From Chiloscyllium plagiosum (Eukaryota), in assembly GCF_004010195.1 (NCBI RefSeq), contig NW_025214736.1, positions 1 through 50,000 of the forward strand: DNA of 50,000 nt, given 5' to 3'. A program made the translations under genes and the position numbers. Below are positions 13,297 through 25,185 of the stretch, piece by piece. Numbering within the stretch: the first letter of the stretch is position 1; every line of letters starts with the position of its first letter. The notes beneath the pieces are model-generated. The model saw only the letters and a program-made list of their open reading frames with translations, did not search any database and was not told where the DNA came from.

Positions 13297-14165
13297 ATAA
13301 GATCATAAGACATAGGAACATTCAGCCCACCGAGTCTGCTCCACCATTCAATCATGGTTGACAAGTTTCTCAACTCCATTCTCCCACTTTCTCCATGTAA
13401 CACTTGACCCCCTTGATACACAAGAACCTATCTATCTCAGTTTTAAATATACTCAATGACCTGGCCTTCACAGCCCTCTGTGGCAATGAATTCCATAAAT
13501 TCACCATTCTCTGGCTAAAGAGATTTATCCCTATCTACATTCTAAAAGGTCTTGCCTTTACTCTCAGGCCTACCCTCTGGTCCTAGTCTCTCCTATCAAT
13601 GGAAACATCTTCCCAACATCCACTCTGTCCAGGCCATTCAGTAATCTATATGTTTCAATTAGATCCCACCTCATCCTTCTAAACTCCATAGAAGAAGACC
13701 CAGAGTCCTCAAACATTCCTTGTATGTTAAGCTTCTCATACCTGAGACCATCCTCATCAACCTCCTCTGAACATGCTCCAAGGCAAGTACATACTTCCTG
13801 AGATATCTGGCCCAAAACTGCCCCCACACTCCAAATGTGGTCCGATTAGAGTCTTATAGAGCCTTGGAAGCACACCCCTGCCTTTATATTCAAGTCCTCT
13901 CAAAATAAATGCCACCATTGCATTTGTCTTCCGAACTAGCTCAAGAGAATGCTGGATTAAAACTTTCAAGTCTTTTTACACTTCAGGATTCTGAATTTTC
14001 TCCCCATTTAGAAAACAGTCCATTCCTCTAGTCTTCCTACCAAAGTGCATGATCTCAGACTTTCCCATATTGTATTCCATCTGCTACTTCTTTGCCCACT
14101 CCAGTCCAAATCCTTCTGCAGCCTCCCTACCTCCTCAATGCTACCTGTCACTGTACCTATCTTTG
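13297..14165 (-). mobile_element. CR1 LINE 3' fragment
   Basis: RGLEYK...LYKTLIGPHLE and EFRRMRWDLIETY...GETRTRG, with a cataaga/catagga repeat tail. Confidence 0.9.
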
Positions 14166-14845
14166 AACAAGTCCTTGAAGGGATTTTAGGAAAAAGATGA
14201 GAATTTTAGGCACTGGCAATATTAGTCTATAGATATATCAGCAATGACAAGGACGATAGGTGAGTAGGATTTACTATTTGGTAAGACACAACCAGAAATG
14301 TTTTCAGCAAGATAAAGATTACTGAGGGCCAGTAACTGAAATTTCTAATGACCAAAGTAATAATTTAAGCAATAGTTGCAGATTTTATAATAATGAAGTA
14401 GCTTATAATGTTACATTCACATCCTAAAGTTTATAGGGAAATCAAAATTTTACTTGTAAAAGCAACATCAAAAATGGATGCTGTACTTTCACAAAATGGA
14501 CTCCGGAGAGTTAAGAGACTTATCTTTGTGGTTTGTGTTCAGACAGGCACACACATGTCAAAACATATTTCTGAAGGTACTTAATAAAATGCACATTATC
14601 TTCACAGATGTGGTTGATGGTTTCTCACCATTTCAATGAAAGCGATTTAAAAATTGCAGTAATTGCTAGGTGTGCTGGCCCTATGAAAATGCAATTTCAA
14701 CTGAATTTATTGAACAGCATACTCAAAGCTAGAATGTGGGTCGCATATCAAATATTTCCCCCATTATGTGTCATTAAATAGGTTTCAACCCATTTTGTGA
14801 AAAATGGAAAAGATCAATATAGTCATCACATGATTGTAACTGGTT

Positions 14846-14875
14846 AGAGAGAGGGAGAGAGAGAGGGAGAGAGAG
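14846..14875. repeat. Imperfect (GA)n microsatellite
   Basis: agagagagggagagagagagggagagagag. Confidence 0.9.
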
Positions 14876-17099
14876 TCAATACCTTACTAATCAACAAGGA
14901 CATCCCAGTAGGGCAGTTTGTAATGTGAAAACTAGAGGGAATTCTTTTTTCATCCAGTACAAGAGAGGACCCTGCCTCAGTAGCCACCTTTGGCAGAGAC
15001 TGGCACATAACTGCCAAAGTATAGTTCTCCTATAGCTTCGATCACAGATCAACTGAAATGTTAGAAACCTGCTATTGTTTTGGAACATTATTGTGAGTTT
15101 ATTACTAGAAACTTGTGAACTTTTTTTTTCTTCATCAGTTAACTAGGGGAGAATTTCCAAGCCTGCAAAGATTTTCCGGTAGAAGCAAAGTAATATTGAC
15201 CCACGGAACTTTATAAGTGCCTGTTCCATCTTTAGCAATCATCTATTCTTTTGTATGCCGACATTGGGATGTATGAGAATAGTGTGTGGATTGTTATGAT
15301 TACATTTTGGAAACTGTGAGAAATAAATACCAAATCTTTTGACTGAAACTTACAAGAAAGTCTGTCTTGTGACTCCTCTTGAAATTCATGGCACTCAAGA
15401 AACTGAAACACTCCTCTGACATATATCTTGTGATAGATAACTGAAAGCTGAGAAAAGGGGGAGAATTGTGCCACATCCATAAAGTATCTTGAAATAATAT
15501 TGGACTTGTGCCTTTAATACCTTGTTTAAAGTTTATTCTTGTCAGCATGATCTGCTCTCAAAATGTGGTCTTGATCTTGATAGTTTTGGCCAAAGCTTCC
15601 ACTCTGAGCTGAATTTGAAAGCTAAATTTGAACTTGTGTCACATCTCTAACTTCCCAAAAAGATTTCATGTTATTCCATCAATATACTGGTGGACTTTAT
15701 GCCCAACTTCTAGCATATTCTACTTAGCAGCTCTTCAACTAATTTTGAAAAGCAAGAGGGCTTTGAAATTTCAAAACTTTGAAGTTAAATTCACATCAAT
15801 TTGTTTTTTAAATGGGTAAGAGCAAGTGTCAGAGAGAATAAGCAGGAGAGAGAGAGTTGAAAGACAGACACAGATGGAATATTATTCTCCCTGGAACTGA
15901 CAAGAGAAGTGACAAAAAAGTAAAATAACTGAACAAGTTGACATTGGACAGAAATTTGCCCCTCCCCCATCTCCCCACTCTGCAATTAACTGCTGGTTGA
16001 TTTAGTTTTGATTTGCCAGCAACTAAGGTCTTTAAGTGGTAAATTAATGGACATGTAAAGGCCCTAACTCACAACCTCCCCATTCTATTACATCCCTCAG
16101 TGAGCGGAAAAGGTAACTAGTTTTTGATGGGGAAAGCAACACAACCTGTCTGCTGAGGAAGAGAATGTGGTGCCGACAATCTCTGGTATCTCCCACTGCC
16201 TCTGACCCTTCAGGCCCCCCCCCCCCCCCCCGCTGTCTCCATGAGCCAGACCCTGCTACAAGGAGATATTTTAAAACCCTAGCTTCTTGCAGCTGGAGCA
16301 GTCATCAACCAGTCAACTTTATGACCCAGAAACTTCTGGCCTCTGATTGGCTGGCAGCTTCTGGCAACCTGAAATGCCAGTGTCAAGTTGACAGATAGAG
16401 GAAGAAACTCACCAATGTTCTGTCTCTCAGCTCTTAATGAACTAACAGAGAAAGAATCAGGTGAATTTTCTCATTGATGAGAGCAGTGTGTTAGTCGGAA
16501 AGTAAAGAGAGCCACAGTTTCTCTTCATTTACTATAACTTCAATTTTCATAAAAATTCATCAGCTGAAAATTTAAGTCAACCTCTGTTTAATTCACATAA
16601 ATTTTAATTTAAAGTGAAAGAGAGATAGAATTTATCACATTCTAATAACTGAGAGCCAGAAGGAAACAGAGAGAGAAAGGACAAGTAGAAAGAGTGGGCA
16701 GACAGTCACATTTCACATTCTCATTTAATTTAGAGGCAAATTTACTTTTTGAAGGAAAGAAAGGTTTGAGGGGTAAAAGAAAGAAACAGAAGATGGAGCA
16801 TGTGAAGGAGAAAATTTGCTTGAGAATAAAGAGATCTCTCGTTTCTCAACATGAACCTTTAGAAAATGAAGTACAACAAGCAGTAAAGGTGAAGGATTAA
16901 AAGGTAGTTAAATTATTGAGGAGCAAGGGGCTATGGCTGGAAGTGTGGGAGAAGTGGAGAAAGGACTGTCTTGAAATCAGGAACAACATGTTGCAGTTTT
17001 CAACAGAGTTATGGAGATTAAGATGAGACACTGTCTTTTAAGTGCCTTTTAAGTGCGATTATTGATCATTATTACCCTCATTATTATTCACCTTACCTC

Positions 17100-19741
17100 A
17101 TTATTATGCAGGTTCCCATTTTCCCACCTATCGGATTGAAGCTAGATACTGAGAGTAGTCAATTGGAAAGTCAGAATGATGACTCCAAGTTTCTGCTTTC
17201 TTTTTTCAAGCACTATCTTTGACACCTGGCACCAATGAGCATGCTCCAAAGGCAGAGATAGCATGTAACCCATGACACTGATCTTGGCATCCAACACATG
17301 CCAGCCTTACTGCAACATCCTATCACATTCCTGATCCACTTACAGCATGCTACTGCACTTCCATGTTGCAATTTGGAGTGTACTAGCACCTCTCATTTTA
17401 ATGCTGCTGGAAGGACAGCTCATATACACAGACAGGCTCACAGCTTGGATCAACTTGCATCTCAGGGCTACTTGCTTGCTCATGTAGAGGGGTGGGATGG
17501 TATTGGGGGTTTTTATAGCAGTGGGGGGTGGAGGGAATCACTGCTGATTGTTATAAGCAGCAGTCTGGGATGCGGAGGTAACAAGTATAGGAGGGAGGTA
17601 AATTTGGTACATAAGAGAGAGCTAGTAGTGCATGGAAGAAGATGAGATACTGTGAGAGAGAATGACTGCCATCATGGTATCATTGGGAGGGTGGGCACTG
17701 AACAGCCCAATGGGGTATCACTAAAGTGCCGTGATGCAACTCAAAGTAAGGAAGATGATTGAATTCTCAATTCGACAATGAATGCGAACATGTGGGGATA
17801 TGGTTGAAATGGGATCTCCAGGGAATGATGAATAGAAAGAGACATGGAGATTTGGTGGGGGTGTTAAATACCAGGTGTAGCCTGAGTTTCAAGGTATACA
17901 GCATGACCTGCATTCCTTACCATGATCTGCCAAGAGCTAAAAAGACCTGTGATCACGTTGGACCACATTGTGAGTTGATGGAGTCATGGTGCTGAGAAAC
18001 ACAGGCTATATTTCAGGAAGGGGAATTGCATCTATCACACTTTAATCATTGTGCAGGCTCACGTCATTTCTAATCATATCATCATGCAAGTGCAATGCAT
18101 GGACTGATCAAGTGTTTAGGGTGCAAATTCTTGTCATAAAGAATGTTGACTATGTCAACAGTCCTTGCAAATTGAAGAAAAGATACCTCTTGTGAAGCAG
18201 AAGTAATGATGGGTGACATTAAAAGAGGCAGCTGCAGGCCACAACAAACAAAGCTAATGAAGGCACTCCTGGAGTGCCCAGGGGCATAGAACTCATTCCC
18301 TCTTCACCTGATCTGGCAGGACTTTGCAAGTCTCTCATTTGTGTATTGGTGCCTTCCATGGGTGATATTGGGCTGTGAGGAGAAATTATACTTGTAGCAC
18401 TCAGACTGTACTGCTATCTATTTGTCACTCATTAAAATAAGGTCTTACAATGAAGTGCTAACATGCTCATTATATAGCCCTCTTTGCCCGAATGTCCCAT
18501 CTTTCACTTTAGGAAGTAATATGTCAAGCTAAGGGATGTGATTGTTGAATTCTCATTGCTAAGATCCTGTGCTGTTTTGTACATTCCCAACACACTGTAA
18601 ATGAAAATGGGACTGAAGGTCACAGCTGAAGATCCCCTCAGGATGCAGAAGAGCACTGGTTATTTTGTCTTTGTCATTTCCTCCACATGAGCGTTGGCAT
18701 AGGCCGAGAGGATCCCAGGACATTGGGCCTGAACTATGTCAGCTGTTGGAATGACAGCTCTAACCTGAAGGAATGGGTGGCTATCCTAACCTGGTGACCA
18801 TCAGGTGACAACTACTTTGAACATCTATGAACCTTGCTTCTTCCAAGGAGCCATGGGGGATCTCTCAAGGGGTGTAATTGCTCAGCCATGCATTTCAAAA
18901 TGCATCAAGAATGTGACTCATATAATTTGTGCTAGATATACCAGTTCATCTTGTTTTTCATGATAAGGTCAGTGTGACAACCCTAGCAGTAGAATTTGAT
19001 GATGCTGTCCATGGTGCCAGTTCTATGATTAGACTAGTAGCTCTGAAAATCAGGCTTTCATCCTTAATTTATTGGCAGTCATAGCAAAGCCTTTTAAATT
19101 ACAGCTAGCAGTAAAAATTGCCCTTTGGGTCCAAATATCCATCTACACAAGCTCAGGACCCACTTTCATTCCTAAACTGATTTAATTTTTGCCAGTAAGG
19201 TTTTGGACAATGTGTGCATTGGAAGGTCATGGCTGGAATTTAATAGAGCACACCAAGAGAATTGGGCAGGAGTACCTTTCCCAACCTGTGCTGGGAAAAT
19301 TGTTCTCAATTTATTGGAGGATGGAGGCAGGAAGGGCCTCTGGGATTTAATCATCACTCAGGTCTTTCGCACCACCCAGCTATATCACCCCGCCCTTCAC
19401 CAGCAATCCCCTGTCTGCCCCACTCCACTGTTTCCAGGATCCTGCTCTGATCCCCGATGAAGGCCTCTAACCATTCCCAGCAGCAGCAACAATCCCAGTG
19501 GCACCATTGATAATGGGAATCTGTTGACTTCTGAATGACCAGCAGTACTGGGCACCAGGATTTCCATCCTCCACGGTCCTGGATTGTGTAGGAGCCCAAA
19601 CATTGGCCAGCAAAGTGCTTGATTACACTTAAATTGTGTCTGGTCACCCAAAACACAGGGAAATCTCCAGATCTGTGTAGAACTCTCATGCGTTCTGCAA
19701 CTAGTGGGAGGCTCAGTATCACTGAGACTAAATTTCAGCCC
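17100..19741 (+). mobile_element. PIF/Harbinger DNA transposon fossil
   Basis: 18811-18936 translates as TTLNIYEPCFFQGAMGDLSRGVIAQPCISKCIKNVTHIICAR, resembling the HARBI1-type ALNFYASGSFQ..GD..GISQ..V.RCI..VT motif. It ends with TIR-like aaatttcagccc at 19730-19741. The left boundary is uncertain. Confidence 0.6.
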
Positions 19742-22700
19742 GTATTATCTATTTGACTCAAGTAGTATTCACCATGCAGAAATGTGTTTGCAATAAACTT
19801 TAATATCAGTTAGTTTCATTCAGTTTAGCTGTGCTCAACAGATTTTAATAAATAATTTGCTTTCCATTGCAGGTTACTTAGGGAACATTGTTTTACTAGA
19901 AAGGATAGCAATACCTTTGAACAGCATTTCAATTCAAAACGGATTATAGATCATTATCAGCTCAGAACTAGCTTCCAGACAGAAGAAGAAAGGTCACTGA
20001 GTCTTTCCAGAAATACCAAATTTTGCCTCGAGCCACTTTGTAGGGTGAAATGTAAATTTGGCAGAAGCATTAAACAAGGACTAGTGAAAGAGTCTGATTT
20101 TCTTTCTTTTGAACTTGGTTATAAATATCTATTGGCTCTAACCTTCCTCAGTCAACCCATTTATGAATTAAGATCAGTAACATTAGAATGTTGGAATATT
20201 GTCCACAGCTAGAATAATTTGATGTATTCAAATTAAATTCAGAATCATCCAGATAGTTTTACTGATTAATATACATATACTTTATTTTTAAAAATCTAAA
20301 GAGACTTAATTTATTGGGTATTGTGGATTTTGGAACCAACAACTGAGCAATATTCTGTCCCGATTATGTCACTTTTCACTCCAATTAATTACACCATTTG
20401 AAATATAGATATTACATTTCAACAACATTGGCACTGTGATGAAAATTTAAAAAAAATTGCACAGCATTTAATACTACCCTGACTTTTAATTAAGATTAAT
20501 ATTTTACTAGTGGGGCCCTAACATCATTAGTAAAAGCTGCTAACCTCTTGGCTATCTTCCACAGTGCGTGTTTTGTATAGTAGTGTATAACACATTTTGA
20601 AGGCATCAAATGCTGCATGGATCAGCTGTGACACTGTGATCTTTGACATTTTCAATCTGGAATAGGGAACTGAGCTGAGAATTCCTTCTGCCAATGGAAC
20701 TGTTTTGGAATAAACTTTATATTTATCAGTCGTTTACTTAATGTACAATTTACTAATTGGCTGGCACAAATGATAGTAAATGTATCCAAAGAAGAGTAAA
20801 TTACTCATTAACTAATCGGCAGAGGAAGCAGTGCCATACCACCTTTTCCTTTAGCAGAAGATCAGAAGTGATCAGCATGTGTATGCGTATGCATGTGTAT
20901 ATGCCCTTAACTCTCAACAACTAAAATTAGCAATGACCCTGAGTTTACGTCCTGGCACTGAGATAAAGTACTGGATTCCAGTGCTTTTGGAAGTGGTCCT
21001 AACGCCCGTCATTGTGAAACTGCCACTAACCCACCACACGTTTCTCACAGAAACCTGAACAGCCAGGCAGGATGATTTCGTAGCCAGATATCTGCCCTTC
21101 CATGGGTCTCTACCACTGGGAGGGTGAAGACTTCAGCCTAATTAAAGGGCAAGATAACAGCTATGCAGAAACCTTGAGGGTGTCAGTAGTGGGACAGGCC
21201 CTATCATGGAGCAGCTTTTTCATATTCCTCTGTAAGCCTCCACTTCTAATAATATGTACATCTACACTTACTTAAAGAAATATATCACTCTGCAACAGAG
21301 CGATAGCTAATACTTTATATTTTACAACTAGCATTCACAGTCAGAAGCAATCTGATAAAGGTTTACCAGGAAAAAAAATAGTTTTATTCCGTAGGTAAAT
21401 TTAAGGGGAGCTTGATAAATGAGTTTTGAAGTTCAATAAACTGAAGTCAGGCAAAAAAACTTGCAACCACCAATTAATACTGTCTATGCAGGAGGATCAT
21501 TCAAATGTAGCAAACATGTACTGAAGTATGAAATGAATGGTGAGAGAAAAATGTCTTTTCAAATATCATCTGAAGAACTTATTTGAGCCATTAAATTCAT
21601 AATGAAAATAAAATTGTGGTTATTGAATATAATTACAAGTTAATTATTTGCTTATGCAAGTAACTTGTCACAAATAATTCCAGACTTACAGATTTATGTC
21701 ATGATAATGTACTTATTAAAATTCCAAATGATATTATTTGCTGTGAATTTACAAGTGTGACACTTTTATAAAAGCCTGGATGGTATAACTGACAATTCTG
21801 TGATGGTAATTAATATATCTGTATATATTTAATAATATATTTGTTAATGCAGATAGACAAACTGTCGGAATAATAATTATTTTTATACAATGACTGTTTT
21901 TAAATGGAAACTGTTGTAATACTGCCCCTGTGATTAATGTAAAATTGGGAGTGGTTTGTAAACCAATTAGCTGATCGTTTATAAGTTCCACTTTTCTTGA
22001 TTTGTTCCTCCCTTCTCTTTTGGTCCGTTGGTGCAGTGTGGTTGCAATGGCACTCCATGCTTTCTGGTTCCTCATTCAATTGAAATGTGGGATTCTCAAC
22101 ATCAAGGACTGGCATTAGAGCCCACCCTGAATTTGTCCTTTCTGACATGCATTCTGTTTAACAGAGGTCACAGGTGAGCTTTCAGAAGCAAGAACTCTTC
22201 CTGGTTTCCTTGTCTTTTACTGGGGATCCTTGATGCTTGGATTCAAATGTGGAATCTTCCTAAGCTGTGTGGCTACTCTGCTGACTTAACAAGCAAGAGA
22301 CTTTATAAACTTGCTGAGCCATTAGCTGTCTCCCTGCTGAGTTGGCTTGTAAGTGAAATGGGACAAACTGGCAGTAAAGAAGGCCACCTACTAACTTAAT
22401 AATAGAGTAAATAAAATGCAGGCTTCATACAAGCAACAGATAATATTCTGTGTTTCTACAGATGTGGAATTATACTTTCCTCTAATTTTATACCACTCAG
22501 TCTTTTTCAATGGTTTCCTACATGGTAATTGTCACAGGTTTGCTGCAACTATCTCATGGTATTCCATAGACGGCAGTTTGAATATTGTTGAAGTCAGAAG
22601 GTAATACTGGGTGATAAAACAGATCATGAAAGCTAAAGATTTTATTAAAATTGAGAGATAACAACAAGCAAGGGAGGAGAGAAAACCCAGGACATGAGAG

Positions 22701-24954
22701 AAAAAAATGATAGTGGAGGGCAAGAACAAAACAAAGGCAGAAAAGAATATGAAAGAGAGGGAGAGAAAAGGAGCAGCGTGCAGCCCCGGAGAAAGTAAAA
22801 GAAATTGATAATAGTGGGGACAAGGGATGAGACAGGTTGTTTTTGCACTGCCTGTATCTAACCATGGGTGTGTGAGAAAAGCTAAGAATTTTTGTTGAAA
22901 GCCCAGCATTGAAAAATATTAAATTGTGTACCCTTTTCTTACATTTATAAACAATCCAGTAGAACCAACATAAAAGTTTGTGTTTTGTGCAGGCCTACAA
23001 AACTCACCTACATTTAGTTCAACTTTAAGTACTAACATTGGAGTTAATATATGTTGAAATGTTGTGGAGAGAGGGAAGCAAGTGGCAGAGGTGGAGATCT
23101 AAGGTAATTACTTTGAGAAATGTTACAATGAAACACTCATTCAGGTTGCAGATTCAGCATGGAAAAGGTAACATTATCACTTCTCAGTCAGAGGTTTGGT
23201 GGGTTCAAATGCCAATGCAGATAAATGTGCTGACTGAAAATCATGAGTTACTGAATGCAACACGGTCAGATGAAATGTTAAACCACCTCCACAATTGTCC
23301 TTTTAGGTGAAAAATAAAAGAATAAAGTCAACAGTTAAACTCCAGGTAATATTACTAAAAGGCAATTGTCATTTTGTTGCTCTCTCTGAACCTTACTGCC
23401 CATAAATTGATCCCACACTACAAAAGTGAACTACAATTCAAAGTTATTTCATTAGATATAATGTGCTTTTGAATGTCTCAAGGCATCTATTTCTTTCAAA
23501 AGTAAAAAGACATTCTGAAATTCACAACAGCTTTGACATTTTGTTGCGGCAGGTAAAAACTTCTGTCATTAAATGTTACAAGTCTGAGGGCTACAACAAC
23601 ACAAGGGATTTCAAAAAATATAAATTAATAGATCACCTTTTGCTCCATGCTTATGAAGACAATGTAGTATCATAGTTCCACTGTACTACAAATCTGCAAG
23701 GAATGACTTCGAAGAAAATTATTTGAAAATATCTCAACAACTGAATACTTAACTACATTTTCTCTGCTGTTGTTATTTATCTGAGAAGTTAGAAAAATAT
23801 TCCCATTCACAAGAGCTTCAAAATGCCACTGTCACATAATGGGAAATTTCTGCCATACCTGACAATGGTCTAGTCATTGTAACATTATTGACATGGTATA
23901 AAACTAACAAATAATACAAAGAAAATCATAAAGGAAATAAATTTTACATGATGACTATCTCTTTGCTAAAAGTTCATTGATCTGAAATGATAACTCAAGC
24001 TCAAAATTGCTAGGATCCACTTACACAGGGATTGGGTAGGGGGCAGTTTTGGATGGGAAACTCAGACTTCTGTGTTATGGAGTTTTACCTCCACTGTGTG
24101 TGGTCTTTCTCCTTGAGAGGTTCAACTGTCAGAAGACAGCCCATTAGGGATAGCTTCATGTTGGGAAGTGGATCTGATCCCAGTCTCCTGATGTCTTTTT
24201 ATGGGGGGAGGGTTTTAATGGAGGAGGGAGTTGCAGGGTCAGAAGTTAATGCCCCCTGCTCCTTCTGGTTGACAAGCAAAGACACCGGACTTTCTCCTCA
24301 AAGAGTCCTAGCCTCTCTTCACTTCCAGGTTTCCCAAGATCGAGAAAATTCTGCTGGGTAGAGCAGATTGTGTTGGAGAGGTGTTTGGGTCCAGGTTTAA
24401 AATTCAACACCTCCCTCAACTCCAATTCACCAGTTCTAGAGTATCTAAAATTCATCTTTCCAATTCTCTTCCTGATATAGTGAGTGGTATCAGCATTTTC
24501 ATTTTTCATTTGTGAGCAATTCTCAAGTGGAGTTAACAAACTTACTTCGAAAGAGTTTGATCAATTAATGCAAATATATTAATTCTAAAGTGGCACAGCA
24601 ACTTGTTACACTGAAATAGAAGGCGAAACGATGGATCTGTTTCACCCTCAACTTTATTCATTTCAGTCTTGCTACAGGTTGGGACCCAGAAGAAACTAGA
24701 AAGAAAAACTTATCATTGAGCCTCTTGGCCAGTACTTGAATATGGTAACCATTGTTGGTGCCTACCTCATCTCTTGAATAATAATAATTAGTCATCTAAG
24801 GAGGTCTAGAATAATAACTTCAATGGGAAGAAAGGGTGAAGTGGTAATGGAGCAAATATACAGGTACATCCCATATACAGAAAAACATCTTCAGTACTTT
24901 TTATCTCATCCACATCCTGAATCTAATCAAGCCACTAAGATACACAATTTTTAC

Positions 24955-25185
24955 CTGCATTCCGAGACAGATCCAAAACAGAAATCCCAGATAGAATGCT
25001 GTTTTCATCACTGTTCTTGCTGTTTTCATTGTTTTCTTCTTCTATAATAGGGCAACTATACAAGTCCTCTGGTGGCTGCTCATTTTTTTCAACAGCTATC
25101 TTGTCTGGTTTAGCATTATCCATATTATTCTGCTCTTCAGTTGATAATTGTTCATCTGCTACATTTTTACTTTCTTCTGCTGGTT
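24955..25185 (-). CDS. IFIH1: MDA5 exon 3 (acidic CARD-helicase linker), 231 nt
   Basis: Acceptor cttttgttctgcag|AA and donor GCAG|gtaaaa. It is open in the frame inherited from exon 2 (EPAEESKNVADEQLSTEEQNNMDNAKPDK...ENSILSGISVLDLSRNA), phase 1 to 1, and E/N/S-rich like the human linker. Confidence 0.85.

Noticed and set aside
14835..15570. Possible solo LTR
   Set aside because: The composition is LTR-like, but I could not fix TG..CA termini or a target-site duplication.
20530..20700. Minus-strand segment open in phase 1 (VPLAEGILSSVPYSRLKM...)
   Set aside because: The acceptor is weak, the only donor is out of phase with exon 4, and there is no MDA5 similarity.
21749..22390. Exon-like minus-strand stretch with ORFs 21900-22148 and 21749-22075
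   Set aside because: There are stops in all frames shortly after the plausible acceptors and no recognisable homology. At most it is UTR or non-coding sequence.
24032..24539. ORFs 24032-24361 (+) and 24246-24539 (-) as a possible exon 4
   Set aside because: The in-phase reading stops after 11 codons, and the sequence looks like a MITE-type remnant.
24570..24660. Peptide DPSFRLLFQCNKC in another frame of the candidate exon, faintly like MDA5 CTD NPSLITFLCKNC
   Set aside because: It is too short, out of frame with exon 3, and ends in a stop. Probably coincidence.
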